A stretch of 64,000 nt of DNA, from positions 114,144,001 through 114,208,000 of the forward strand of contig NW_024704743.1 of NCBI RefSeq assembly GCF_018977255.1, read 5' to 3'. Under the pieces are notes generated by a model. It was not told the origin of the DNA. It was given only the letters and a program-made list of their open reading frames with translations, and did not search any database. Shown piece by piece: positions 49,551 to 64,000 of this stretch. The DNA comes from Callorhinchus milii. Its lineage: Eukaryota. Made by a program: the position numbers and the translations under genes. Position 1 is the first letter of the stretch. Each line of letters begins with the position of its first letter.

Positions 49551-50739
49551 CCTCAACTACTTCAGTGACTCCACACAGAGGGCTCTCTCTTTCTCATGCC
49601 AATCACCAAAACTGGAATATAAATGGGATTTGACATTTATAACGGAAAGAAACATTTCGTTGGAAGTTAATGATTGGCACTTGATACACTCAAGGAGAGC
49701 AATTTCTTAATGTCAAACATAAAGCAGTGCTTTCATACCTACAGGGTTGCAGTAATGATATTGGTCCATTATAAATGAAATTCTAAAGGTCATGTGCGTT
49801 TGTGACCCACTTATGTTATGCCTTATGTGCCCAAGATGCACATAGGGATAAGAGAAAGCTACAGCACACGGAAGGAGGCCATTCAGCAATTTGTGACTGT
49901 GCTGATCCCAGTCATCTGTCTTCTCTATGTACTCTTTTTATATTTCTTGTTTTCAAATATTTACCTCGGTCCCTCTTTAAAGTGAATAAAGATTCTATCT
50001 CAACTATGGTTCCAGATCGGGATATGACATTCCAACAATTCTCTTTGCAACAGCATTCTGGCCTCTCTCTTTGTTCTTTTGGTAAATAACAACCCCTCCC
50101 CTCCTCCCACCCCAGCTCGGGCTCTCATCTGATTCTGTGAAGCACTTTGAGATGTCAAAGATGTCAAAGGGGATAATAATCCTTAAAATATAATAATAAT
50201 TTGGTCACTCAATCCACGACTGTTTGTGGGACATTCACTGCTTTGCACAAGTGGCTGCCTCGTTTCGCCCACAAATATACAGTCAATTAACTTTACAGTA
50301 TATTCTGTGAAGCACTTTGAGACGTCTCGAAGACGTGAAAAGTGCTATATCAAATGCAAGGATTATTATTTATTATTATTATTATGTTTAGCCGGACGTG
50401 AAAGGCAGGGCATAAATGTAAAATTACTGTAGCCGCAATACGTGCTTTAGTTACTGCCTCACTGCCCAGTGGCAATAATTTCTTCCTGTTTAATATATCA
50501 AAATCTCTCATTCTTTTTAAAAGCTTCTATTTGGTGACCTCTTAACTCTGTTTTAGGGAAAACAGTCCCAGCTCATCCAATCCTTTCTTATACTCAAGTG
50601 GAGCGTGTGTCGGAATTGCAGAGCATTGCTCTGCGAAAGTGGAAGTGGAAGAAATGGGGAAAGCAGCCTGACTGTCAGTACCTCCACTCTGGCAACACAG
50701 TTCACTTGCAGGAGTTGCACTATACAAACAGCAGGTGTC

Positions 50740-51190
50740 AGCCTGGCTCAGTAGATAGCACTCTCACCTCCGAGTCAAAAGGTTGTGTGGGTTCAAGACC
50801 CACATTAGAACTTTCAGCTCATTGCAAAGATTGACACTCCAATTTCAGTGCGGGGGTGGGGTAGAATTTGTTGGAGATGACGTCCTTTAGATGAGACATT
50901 AAGCCAAGTTCCTGTCTGTCTGTTCAGGTGGATGTTAAAAAAACAATGGCACTATTTGAAAAGAGAAAGTTTTTGCTTGTGTCCTTCAATCCCCCAGAGG
51001 AAAAAAAATGATCTTTCACTTCATGAATACTTGCGAGACATTGAGTGCAAATTGACTGCCATGTTTATCTACAAAATATATAGACACTGCACTACACAAT
51101 ACACTCACTGCAGTAAATTATCGGAGCTGCTTTTGAGACCTCATACTGACATCAAGGGCACAATATCAAATGAAAGGATTATAATTATAG
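50740..51190 (+). mobile_element. SINE family B, full-length degenerate copy
   Basis: ggctcagtagatagcactctcacctccgagtcaaaaggttgtgtgggttcaagaccc head; L2-like tail atcaaatgaaaggattat. Confidence 0.8.
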
Positions 51191-51249
51191 CAGTACAGTC
51201 AAACTCTCTTCTACTTTAGGAAATCATATGTATTGATTGATCTGATCTT

Positions 51250-51510
51250 TGGGTGGAAATTACCTTGGGGTCTAGATTGACTCTATTAATGTAGCATTTC
51301 AGAGCATCCAGAATTGGTCAAATTCGTAAATACTTTGAATTTTGAACCCGGTTGTCTGTAAATTTCTTTTAAGAACTCCGGAAAATGGGCTTCAAAGTCA
51401 AAACTGAATTCAGCAATTTGCCAAATTCTGCACACTCTGAAATAGAATAAATCTAGACCTAACACTATGTTAATAAGAGTAAATCTAGACCTGGATGAAA
51501 TTCTACCCCA
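51250..51510. mobile_element. MITE-like element
   Basis: gggtggaaatt...ggtctagattgactct ... agagtaaatctagacctggatgaaattctacccc. Confidence 0.75.
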
Positions 51511-54499
51511 CTTGTTGCCTGCCGCAAGTTTCATTCATTGTTCTGGTTTTTCTTTCATTTACTAACGGTCAGTGTTGGCAAACCCAGCACCCATTTATTT
51601 GACTTGCAAAATGTGCCACAAATAATCAATGAACCTGGAGGATTCCTGGGCAGGGCACTGGGAGAAACTCACCATCTGTGTTTTCAAATAGGCAATAGAC
51701 CTTTGACATCCACCTGAATAGGCAGACAGGATCTCGGTTTATAACCAAGCTGACAATTGCAGATTGGTATTACTTTGTGGGCGCAGTGCAACAATCATTG
51801 CCCAGTTTAACAATCACATTCAGAGTCTACTATCCAAGGAAAGCTGAGGTCTCCTTGGTAACCAAGCTAAAGTCACTGTACCTCAAGAAAGCGGAGATGC
51901 CAATGTTTTTACAGGCTGTTTCCAATATTTTGCTAAGGCAGTGCACTCCTCTAATCCTAACAGACCAGTAATGTTTTTTTTACTATAGAAACCAACTATT
52001 CAACAGTTGATTGAAGCAAAACTCCTTTTTGCCCTCGTTCCATCTTCATCTTTGTCAGTGGACTGAACTCCTGACCCAAGCAGTCCCCTCGTATAATACT
52101 AGGCACAAAAGAGCCCATCAAACCCGATTGTGAAACCGAGGCACATTTTGATACAAAGATGCTCGGAATTTTTGGGGTCACCTACATCGGCCAGAAAGGA
52201 GCCCTACCTGACACCTCCTCATACCCTTTGAGTAAAAGGAGCTTAGCAGCACCAGTCCGCCTGGTGTAACAGTGTATGCCGACCTGTCAGATCCATAGAA
52301 AAGGCTTTTGACTTCCAACTCAGCTCAGGGAGGACCGAGGGGGGATGTGCTGCGGGCTCTTTAGATCCTGCAGTCACTCTTTGTGCGGTTTGGGTTGTAG
52401 CATTGTGCGCCTGGGTGACATGACATGAAGTCTCTCCTGAGCTGTAACCCCTGGTTTCTCATTAATAAAACATCTGACAGGCTTAAACAAAGTGCCAATA
52501 TATTATTGGTAATATTTGTGCGATGCAAGGCTGGTAACCATGGAATTTTGGCGGGGGAGTGTTCATGTTTCAGAGGAATATTGAGGGAGGCACTTTGGAT
52601 CCTTTCGGAAACTCGGGGTAACACTATCAATTACATATTCTTGCATTAAAATTCCACACTTAATAAACCTCAGCTCTATGAAGAAGCAGGAGACTTTTGA
52701 GGTTGGAAAAACTCTGGGGTCAGCGCGGTGAATAGAGTCTGTAACAGAGAACGTGTGGGAAGAAAGCGGGATACAGGTCTCGACTCCGCTTTCCGGGAAA
52801 CAGGAAAAAAAAGTAGGTCTGATGGGATACATGGGGGAAGGGAGAAATTATTTTCAGATTGTAGGCACTCCCATTAGCTTTCCATTCTTATCAGATGTAT
52901 TCTGCCCTATTGTATCCCAGCTGTCTCTTTCTGTGCTCAATTTAACTTGTCCCCTAGAGATAATAAAATGCACACAACGTCTACCATGTTGGACTCGTAG
53001 CTCTGGAGCACAAATGCAATTTGAATCGTTAGATGACTCCGGAAGGATTCAAATTGAATTTGCCGATAATCCTGTTACACTTTTGCTCTTCAAGGCCAGG
53101 GCCAACCTCAGGTACCTTATTCACATGAGGCTGCCACAGCATTGTTTAACCATTGTACAATGCATAGGAAACCACAAGCCAGCATTGTCTGTGGACCTCT
53201 CTATTTTGCTACTGTGGCTCTGAATCCTTCCCGCTCACAGGGCAATGTGGTGAAACACAACTCCCAGCTGTCTTGCAAAAGCCACTATATAAATGTGAAT
53301 TGTAGTGTATTGTATAACCAGAAGGGCTTCGAGGATGTGAACGATAACGTCTCTATGTAGCATTCTGGTGAAGTTCGACGTCCACATGTCAGTTTAACAG
53401 CCGCTTCGTAACTGTTTGTGGGACGTTGCTACACGCAATTTGCCTGCCATATTCACCTATGAAATACAGTCACTACACTTGACAGCACAATTGCAGCTGG
53501 CTTTATTTTCATTTAAAATGAAAGATACCAGCTATCGTTAGCTATTGAGATGTGTTAGGGAATGAAGGCGGGATTAAGACTCAGATATGTGTGGAATTTT
53601 GAAGCTATGCTCTGACTCTCCTCAGATTCCTTTGTCATCCTCAGAAGTCAGCACACACACATGTTCATCAGCAGACACTCAGCTAAGATGAGACAATATT
53701 GTTCGATTCAAAGTGAAGCGATTGCAAATACTTGCTTACGGAAAGGGTTGCAGAATGCCAAATGTTTAGCTCTCTTTCTATTATTCAATTAGAAAGTAAA
53801 CGGACGTTGCAAGCTATGTGCATTTAGACAAAACATAATTGAAAGATTGAAGGATCTCAGTCTAATATTACCCTTTCCTCTCCCCCACACACATGAAGAA
53901 ACAGACTTTTGCTGGCTGGTTTGAACTGTAGGGTTTCAGAACACAAAATAAAGAGGACTGGGTGGTACAATACATTGGAACAATTGGGTAAATTTGGGTA
54001 AAAAATGCGGTATTCCTTTAACTGCTTCTTAACTTATTTAACAAATAATTTGAGGAACAACATCAGGTGGCACCCTGTGCTCTCCTTGACTGAAAAAATT
54101 AACTTTTATTGAATGGCTCAGGGGCTTGACTTGACCAAAAGGCTTTACTGACAAACTGGCACAGGATACATAATAATAATAATCCTTATATTTGGTATAG
54201 CAGCTTTCATGTCAAAGCCCTTCACAGGATATACTGTAAAGTGTAGCGACTGTTTTGTATGCACATTTTTAACATTTAACTGCTTGCAGGATGAATGTCA
54301 CATCACGAGTGACCACATGCAAATCAGAAGAATAATCCTTACATTTGATACAGCGCTTTATCACATCGTTGAGACGTCTCAAAGCGCTTCACAGGATATA
54401 CTGTCAAGTGGATTAACTGTGGATTTTGTGAGCGAAACACAAAAATTACAGCAGTTAATGCCTCAGAATGCAGCGCCAGAGGGAATGCGCTTTACTCAC

Positions 54500-54669
54500 A
54501 TGTGCTGTGAGGCATTGGGGAAGAGTTCGGAAAACTGGGGGGCAGAGTCCTCGGGTCCATGGGGCGCAGCGTGGGAAATAACCATGAGTACCGGCCTGTG
54601 AGGATAGATCTTCTTGGACATACGGAAGTAACTGATACTATCGTTGGTGATGACGTCTGTGAAGTAATC
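54500..54669 (-). CDS. SULF1: SULF1 coding exon ([19 protein letters not shown]...[24 protein letters not shown])
   Basis: tttcag|GAT...CAC AT|gtgagt; 170 nt. Confidence 0.96.
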
Positions 54670-55244
54670 CTGAAAAAAGAAAATCACACAGGTGTTGAAT
54701 CATCTATTCCGGCAGAGAAACACGTTGTCAGCTTTAAGCAAATAAAGCAGCTTCACTGGGCTAAAGCACCAGGGAATCATACCCAGAATAGAAGGAATAT
54801 GATCCAATTTACATTACATATAGCAACTTTCGCATCGGGAGGACGTCTCAAAAAGCTTCTCCTGTAGTGACTGCCCATATGTGTGCAAGTGGAAGACAAC
54901 CATGGGCATATCCAATCACACGTTCTACATCCACAGCGACAGAGGCACTGCCAGAGGGCTGGGCTCCAGGTCACACGTCAATGTTAGTACAAGCCAACCA
55001 GCTGTGTCCTTTCTCCCTCCACAAGATCTCAGCAGGCGCTGGGCATCTGGCAATTAATACTGCAATTATACCCTGAATAGAGAGCAATGTAAGCCCATTG
55101 TTTGGAGGAACATTAAGGACAAGAACCAAAGGGGCTTTCTTCCTCGGGGCTTTGAGCTTCATTTAGCTACGCAAGTATTGGAATAGCATCTTGGTTTAAA
55201 CATGTCAGCTGCTTCCAAAGCATGGTTCAAGCTCACTGGGGTAA

Positions 55245-55661
55245 TAATCTATGCATTTGATATAGTGTCTTATCATGTCGCAGCATCTCAAAGAGGTTCA
55301 CAGGATTTAAAGTAAAGTGAAGTGACTGTGGTAGTGTAGTGATTTTATAGGCAAATACAGCAATTAGTATTTGCACACAGCAATATCTCACAAACGGCCA
55401 TGAAGTGAGTGACTGATTTTATTTGGTGGAATGTTTGTTAGGACACCTAGAGAAATTCCCTTCTCTTTTTGAATAGTGAGTTGGGATCTTTAACATCCAC
55501 CTGAACAGACAGATCTGACCCTGGTTTAATATCTTATTTGAAGGACGGCACCTCCAATAATAAATTGGAATATCAGGTAAGACTATGAGTTCAAAGTTCC
55601 AAAGTAGGGCTTGAACCCACAACCTTCTAACTCAAAGGCAAGTGTGCTACCAACTGAGCCA
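55245..55661 (-). mobile_element. SINE family B copy
   Basis: ggctcagttggtagcacacttgcc head through to the L2-like tail. Confidence 0.8.
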
Positions 55662-56947
55662 GTGATTTATATAAGTGCAAGTACATGGCGTGTTCCAACT
55701 ATTCCTGCACTCTAGAATCTTTTGAGGGTCCACTTTAAACAGTAGTGTGTATTGTGCACTATATGCAAGCTATGTTTAAACATATGGGTATCAGACGTGT
55801 GCAGAGGGTATTGCAGGTGCCTTTAATTATGTAATTCATAAATGTTGGAAAGTTACACCTTTATTTCGGTGGCCGGTCTTCCAGCCATTCTACCTCCGCT
55901 CTCTGGAACTCCATCCCAGAGTCGCTCTATCTCGACCTCACTCCCTTTAAAATCCAGCTGAAGCTCTTTCATTTTGACTGCACCTTCAGACCCCTTATCC
56001 CTGCACCTTTATCAGCTCCCCCCATCACCAAATGAGGCTTCCAGTCAGTTGTGTGAAGCGCTTTGAGACAGCCTCCTGATGTGAAAGGTGCTGTATAAAT
56101 GTAAATTGTTGTTGTTGGGGAAGAGGCAGAAAGTCAATGTTAAGCCAGTTTGCCACTAAACAGCAGTCTAATGCGTGGCCCTGGCAATCCTAGAGGAGGT
56201 GATGGTGTCTGGTACGCCTGATTGCCATCAGGAAACGCTACTTGCAATGTAAGAAAAATATTTTAAATGAAACCCTAAACTTTCCCAAATATTACGTTTG
56301 GAGGACGTGTGCTGAATATGGATGAGACCTTGAATTGCTAGTATTAGCTGTTCTGCAGAGGACAGCAGCTCTCTGTAGGGAAGAGGTCACCTTTGCGGAT
56401 AGGAACCCTTGCCCTGTGGAAGCAACCAAGTGAGCTCTGTATCAGTCCCATATGTCCGACACGGCTATTGCAACTGACTCTCCGCAGTCAACAACTAACA
56501 AAAAAAAATAATTCCCCAACAACTAAATGGAAATCGCTACGAAGAGAGAGCCCCTGTTTGTGGAAGTGCTGTTCTGGGAGCACTTATAAACTAGAGACTC
56601 ACATTGAAAGACATTGAAGCTCTTTCTCTCGTTGACAGCAAAGGCAAATGCAGAGAGCCACCGGGAGCAAAACAAATGGTTTCAATTAAATCTTAATTGC
56701 TTTCCAAAAATGGTTGTCATTTCGAAAACATTTTCTAATAATGGTTAAGAAGCCCTCACACACTTGCATTATTCATAGGCTGTTTAGATGATCCTCAATT
56801 TAACCTTTGTCCAACCTGGAAAATTCAACGATTTCCATGTACGGTATTTCCAATGGGAATTTATGGCTGGCTTGTGGTGAGAGGGAAGGTTTCACATTGT
56901 ATTTAGTCCAAATAACATTGACATGTTAACAAAGGCAACATTTATCA

Positions 56948-57160
<213 letters not shown>

Positions 57161-59016
57161 TTAAAGTGAAATTCACTCCTACAACAACTAGAACACAGGG
57201 AATACACAGAAAAATAAGAACAACAATCTACATTTACGGAGCGACTTTCACGTCCGAAGGACATCTCAACGCACTTCCCACAGCTGAATGGGAGTCTGAG
57301 CTGAGGTGACCGAAAGCATAGACAAGGTGGGTTTCGCAGGAACCTAATAAATGGGTCTCCTGAGAGGTCACAGACTCCATCTAGCGGCTGAGTCAAGAAC
57401 AGCTTAATTTATCCATTTAAGGAGGTGGGTCGAATTAGAGGATGGTAAACAACAACAAGAACAAGGCGGGAGGACGTCCCAAGGCTCTGGACAGTGTACA
57501 GCATTTCAGACCCGAGCTGGGGTCAGGGAGGGAGAAGGGAGGGGAGGGGAAGAGGGGTGACCGATGGTATGGTCGATAAGGAGGGTTTTGAGGCGGGACT
57601 TGAAGGAGGCTAAGGAGGGGGCAAGGCGGAGTGATTGGGGAATAGAATTCCAGAGGCTAAAGACCGGGATTTAAAGATCATTCTTCTTGCTGTGAATCCA
57701 ATGCTTCATTGCGATGGAGTACTTTTTAAGACTTTGCAGAGCAATTCTTTGTAAGTGTTAAAAGACCGGATGGATTGATTGGCATTAGTAATCCACAGCC
57801 CTATCTCACGTAATGGATGAGTGCTGCAATTGCCCACCATGGGAGTTCCTAGCATCACAGGATCACAAGATTGGTTTCGATGAAGAAGGCCATCAGATCT
57901 CAACCTTCAAACCCACCCTAATGTCTCCCAATCACACATTAAGCTATTTTTTAGTGCCTCAGCCACCCTTCCTGGCAACCTGTTCCAGTTGTTAATTCCC
58001 CTGAAATTTCCCTTTGTATCTCTAAACCTTTGTCCTCTTGTTTTAAACAGTGATACTCTCAGTGCCAGGCACTGGCCCCAAGCTCGCCATTTCCTTGCAG
58101 CTAAGGAGGGAGAAATACTACAGACCAATCCAGAGGTTGCCCCTTTGCACTCTCTAATGGCTGGCAGCAGTACTGACCAAGAAAGCAATGTTAAAACAAA
58201 ACAAACAAATATCTAAGTGAGGATATAATTAAAATGTTACAATATATGATAGAGAAGCAAGTAAACACAAACGCAATAACTCAAAATACTTATTAAAAGC
58301 AACACATCAATGAAATAAAAGTTACTCGCTCCTTGACTTATGGAAGCTCTGATGTAGTACTGATTATACAGAGCATGAGGGTCCCAGGTTCAGTCATTAC
58401 TTCGCGTAGAGGGTAGTGAGAGTGCAACTCACTGCCCAAAGCTGTGATTGAATCAGAAAGAATAGATGCATTCAAGAGGAAGTTAGTCCTTCAAATAAAG
58501 GAAAGGGGAATAGAACGGAATAGGAGAGAGTAAGGAATTGGTGGAGACTCATTTGGCGTACAAACACTGGCATGGACTGGTTGGGCTGAGTAGCTGTTTG
58601 CTTGTCTATGTAAATCCACGTAAAACTGACCTCAGTGAGGGTGCTACAATTGCCCCCAATATCCATGGGCTACAGAGACAAATAAGCCAATGCTCCTGAT
58701 CTGGTTGCTAGCCAGTGCTCCCCCCAGAGAATGTGTATGTGTGGTCAATTCGCCTACTGTTATCCACTGTCAAAACTTACATGAAGAATGATGACTTGAG
58801 AGGTAGTGAAGGACTCCTGGTGGAAGCTTACCCCCAACATTTAGGATTGCTTCAGGAGAAAAGGGCAGGTATAAAATTGGGGGTCACAGGGAACAAAGGA
58901 ATTATTATTATTTGTTTGTTATTTGGTTGAAATTTGACACGTTTTATTATGTACGCCTTATGATAATTATCACAAGGAATGATTACAAAATGTTGGAAGT
59001 TTCACCCCTTTGAATC

Positions 59017-59389
59017 AATAATAATAATTCTTGCATTTGATATAGCCCCTTATCACATTTTCAAGACATCTCTAAGTGCTTCACAGAATATAGTGTAAAG
59101 TGAATTGACTGCATATTTTGTGGGCGAAACAAAGCAGCCAATTGCGCACAGCAGTGTCTCACAATTAGTTGCGGATTGAGTGACCAAATTATTATTTATT
59201 TATTGAAAGGATTATTACCCCCGGAAAAGCGATCAGCCAATCGACTAACACCTGTGCTCCTACTTACTGCTAGGTGAACAGAGGCGTGTGGAGTAAGGAA
59301 ACTTGCCCAACGTTTTGCCCTGTCGCGAATCGAACCCAGGTCCTCTTGCTAGCGAGGCGATTTCTCTAATCACTAAACTACAGGACTCC
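59017..59389 (-). mobile_element. SINE family A, full-length copy
   Basis: ggagtcctgtag...gggttcgattcgc head to the (tta)n tail. Confidence 0.88.
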
Positions 59390-61636
59390 AATTTGAAGGT
59401 TGTTACTTTCCACTGTTATCCGGTTATTATAATGTCATACTAGTGTCTGCGAAAATGCTGTGAGATCTTTGACTGAAGTAAAGTATTGCTAGCAGATTAA
59501 TGCATGTGGCGACTTTATTTTGTCTCTGCATCTCTCAATTCTACAAGTGATCACAGCAACCCTTTGCTGACATCTTCGCTCCTGGGGCTCAAAGCCATTC
59601 ACAGCAAGCATAAGGGAATGAATACAGGAGCCAGGCAAGACTGAGCTGCCAGAACCATTCAATGCTCACTGTACAATCACTGAGATTTTAACTAGAAATC
59701 TTCAAAAGAATTTGCCTGAAACCACATCCCATGATAATGTATTGCACTTGGGCCCTAATCTTGGGAAAAAAAACCTACACTGAATGCACCAATTCTAATA
59801 TGGACTTTGTGGGATCTATGGTTCTTGACTGGTTTGAGTGTACTTTAGAATTGGAATATAGTGCTAACTTTTTTTTCCCATAGTGGTTCCCATCAGGCTT
59901 CACTGACACTACTGTAACCCGAATAATCCCTTGCAATGAATCTCCTTTGTACATTGTCAAGTTAATATATTTGTGCTGCCCTTCACGGATCCCAGTCTGT
60001 GCTGGCGCACTCTAAATGAGCTCTAACCAGTGTGCAGTATGCTAATTGCTTCACTTCAGTTGATGCCTGGTAAATGTTTCTTTGTGTAAATCCCAAAGCC
60101 CCATTAACTTCACGTCCAATGTCACTAATATTAATTTTCTATGACAACCCGTGCGTTGCTTCAACACCTAAATCCGGACAGTAGTTAATGGCCTCCATGT
60201 TACTGCTCTTTATTGAATATTCATGCAGAAATGCCTTTAGTTCTTTTATGGTTTGCACTCTTGTGGTTCTCTCCTGCATTAAAATGTGTCACTCAATGCT
60301 CAAATAGAACGGGCAATGGTATTCTTTTAGCAAAACTGTCAGATGTATTATTTTGAACATACACATTTCTTCCACCATTTCAATCTCTCCAACAAAGGCA
60401 TTGTGACAAGCAACATACGTAAGTGACAAATGGTCTAATATTCAGCTTTGCAGCACAATTCAGTAGAGTATCTTACTCCTTTAATATGAAGGCAATGTGT
60501 TTGAATCAAATAATTACAAAGGAGGAAAAAATGAACTGAGAGAATTCAAAACATATCTTGCAGCACTCGAAACAGCATCAAGGATGTGATTCGAAAAGGA
60601 AGAATAATTAATTTAATAAAGGAATGAGGAAAAAGTATTTAGGTGTAAGAATGAATCTTTAGAAACCAGATTTATTATGAGCATGGTGTTCACATAGCAC
60701 TTCTGTCCACCGATAGTCTGCGAGAGACAAAGTTCCTATTCTTCTGTAGGGAAAGCGGTTCCCTATTGGAAGTCAATGGGGGTAATTCTTCAGCCCCCCA
60801 CCCCCCACCAATTCTAAGTCAATGGGAAATAATGCTACCAAATGGTTCCTGGCTTCACATTTCCAGCCTCTGAATCACAATCCTTTCTGACACTTGTCTG
60901 TGTGAGTCAGACCTCTTGTGAACTGCCTCTAAAGTTCTGATCAGACACATTCTTATATTTCCTCCTTTACTTCTGTATAAGGAAGTATGGAACGTACAGT
61001 AACTCTATAGATCCCCATTTACATTGTTCTTTTGCTGAAAAGGTAGTTAGGCGATCTCCTCCCAGGCTCCAATGCAACACTACATATATAGCTGCTCATG
61101 AGAGGGGAGTGGGAGAGGGCCCTGAAGAGCAAGAAACTCGCTTTCACCATCTATAATCTTTATATTTGATACAGCGCCTTTCACATCAGGACATGTCAAA
61201 GCACTTCACAGGATTCACTGTAAAGTGTAGTGAGGGTGTATCTTTGTACGCAAACGCAGCAGCAAATTTTCACACAGCAATTTGCTTCTCCCCTTAAAGA
61301 ATGGCTGTTGGACTGAGGTGGAAAAAGGCGACCGGTACCTGTGGCATTGCCCGCTGCAGAAATACACACTTTCAGGAGATTCAAGGGGAAACATCGAAAC
61401 ACAAAATTGCCTCCTTGAGAGGAAATATCTGTTGTCAGTTTGGCTGAGTCTGAAATTTCACTTGCCCAACATGGCAGGTAAAGCACAACACTGTGTATTC
61501 CATTTCATTTCCACGAAAACAAGATTGACATACCCAATATGCCCACTGTCCATCAGTACTTTTCAGCACCAGTTGTGATTAAGTCATTAAGAGCGAGAGC
61601 TGCCCGGCACTGGAAGAGCATCGACTAATATTACTA

Positions 61637-61906
<270 letters not shown>

Positions 61907-62194
61907 TCAATGGACAGCACCAAACATTAGTATCGCACTCAACTGTGCATCTCTGGAATGAAGCATCACAGCACAGCCCTACTGGGGATTATGGCAGAGT
62001 GGAACAAGGAGAAGGCGGAAGCACACCTTGCAGTTTAGGCAGCCCACAAAATGATCACCTAACCCAAGCTGCACCGGCACACAGAGCTGGTTGATGCTGT
62101 CTGGCATCAAGACAAGGAGGTAAGCAGTGTTTTCTCCAAAGAATCCCGTTCATCATCGACAGTTGTGAGACTGCCTCCGATCAGAACTCTTGTC

Positions 62195-62375
62195 AAAGCA
62201 GGAGCCTTGTGACTCTGTGCTCTACAGAGGATTGTCTGGAGATACACTGTCTATGTCCCAGGCACCGTTGATTGTGTGCTGTACAGAGTATTGTTAGTAG
62301 AAACGCAGTCTACGACACAGGCACTGTTGAGTGCGCAGGATAGTGGACTGTCTGAAGATACACTGCCTTTGTCAA
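62195..62375. repeat. Degenerate tandem repeat of about 58 bp, three copies
   Basis: caggcacygttga-tgtgctstacagag-attgt...gatacactgtctatgtc recurs. Confidence 0.55.
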
Positions 62376-64000
62376 AAGTGCTCTTCCACTTTCTACGCAA
62401 AGCGGTGATACCTATCGAGGGCTTTTTCAGACACTGAAATGTACCGTATCAGATGAGCAAAACGTACAACTGCACCCCAGAAGGTACACCACCTCACATT
62501 TCGGAATAAAAAAGGTGGTGGTAAGAGCAGGAGGGACAGTGTATTCCAGATGAGCAGGAAGTCAATTCTTTCGCATCGCAGTCAATCTGGGGTTTTCTCA
62601 TTATATTAAATCAATAAATATTTAGCGTAAACCAGGCCATCTGCGAACCATTATTTTCTTTTGCTCAGTAACTTGGTGTTGTTCACACCAGTTTAAAATT
62701 TACTGGCCGCCACTGCACTCATTGTAAAACATGAGCCTGTAATCTTGGCCTTCGCAGCGTGTGTGGCACCTCTTTATGAATAACAAGCAGTCGCTCTGGC
62801 AATCCTTCCTTTTAGATAATGAGAAAGAATGATGTGAAAAGTAAACCAAATCCTTTCAGAGTCGCCTTTGGTTCTGTGTAATTCTTAAAAGACATTCAGA
62901 CCTCAGCAACGACTTCAGACTGTTTTACCATCTGCAGAGGCAGACAGTACAAACTAATCTCAAATGCAATTTATTCTGTTTTTTCTCTCTTGGTCCATTC
63001 AAGCTGTTTACAGAGCTTTATTAGCGACTATAGCTGCATTTACACTGGGCAGAGTTTACCAGCATGAAAGCTCTATTAATGCTACACTGCAGACTGCTCC
63101 TTGTGTAAATGCCATTGAACTCCCAATGTCAGGCTGAAAGCCTATAAGAAACATACGTGCTCAGAGTGGTCAGAAGGTGGCATCAAGGCATTGCAAAGAG
63201 CTCCTCACAATGAGTCTGTATTACCAACCCCGTAAATCTAGTCTCAATACAATTCTTAGGATCAGCACATCCTTACACTACGCCATGCAGTAAAAAAACA
63301 TGAGATGGATGACTGTCCATAATAAGGGGTCAACGAGACTCAGTTGGTAGCACTCTCACCTGAGTCACAAGGCTGTGGGTTCAAGCCCTACTTCAAGCTC
63401 ATAGTTAAGGCTGACATTCCAATGCTGGGGGAGTGTTGTATTTTCAGAGTTGGTACCGATGATGGGAGGAGAGAAAGGAGATGAGACCATAGGTACAGTC
63501 GAAGAGGGAGGCTTTGAGACTGTACTTGACAACACTACTCCAAATAGAGAAGGGAACCTTTAACTGATGTTGTGGCCAACAGTCCTCATAAATGGGAAAT
63601 GTTAACTTTTGGCTGATCTGGTTGGTCTTCTTCTAACACAATCCCCTGAAGACCTTACCAATCCCCCCCCACCTCCACCCACCCTCCTCTTCACAAGATC
63701 CCTTTATCTTAAACTTTAAGGCACACAATTGTGGAAGCTTCTTAAAATCAGTCTTAACTTAGAAATCAGTTCCTGTTAAGACCTGTGGAAAAGCAGCTTC
63801 CCAGTAAGACTGGATTTATGATCGTTCCTCATATCTGTGCAATCTTAAGTTTTAGATGAAATGGTCTTGCAGGGTAAGACCAGATGAAGTTTCGGGCCTC
63901 TTACTGGTTTGTAACATTTACAGGACTCGGCTATGCGAGTTTATAACCTGGGCGCAAGTGCTATGCTTTCACTCAGTTCACTTACTGGCCATCTTAGAAT

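Noticed and set aside
52753..53223. 156-aa + strand ORF, and the many other 60-150 aa ORFs in the track
   Set aside because: No recognisable protein motifs. Many overlap repeats or are antisense shadows of exons, consistent with chance ORFs.

Overview
Eukaryotic, repeat-rich vertebrate genomic DNA. The SINE, CR1 and L2 content suggests a cartilaginous fish, which is an inference. Two genes converge tail to tail. On the + strand are the last three coding exons of SLCO5A1 (2579-5725) and a probable 3' UTR to about 9.9 kb. On the - strand is most of SULF1: 18 coding exons from 61878 down to 14103, all with GT-AG boundaries and one continuous frame. The exon encoding the signal peptide is not seen in the window. 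The most interesting structure is the SULF1 3' end. The terminal exon (acceptor at 14133) is dual-coding: one frame gives the canonical GQLWDGWEG-stop, and another is open for about 270 codons of an acidic Ser-Gly-containing tail. Between 18.3 kb and 14.1 kb lies a cluster of candidate cassette exons (34, 5/43, 161 and 54 nt) whose lengths would select the frame. One encodes a hydrophobic anchor-like segment, and the cluster is flanked by seven UGCAUG motifs. Introns hold CR1 and L2 fragments, three SINE families, a MITE family, two unclassified interspersed repeats and a SINE-derived 52-bp minisatellite. Splice sites were read by eye, repeat boundaries are approximate, and homology calls come from recalled protein sequences rather than searches.
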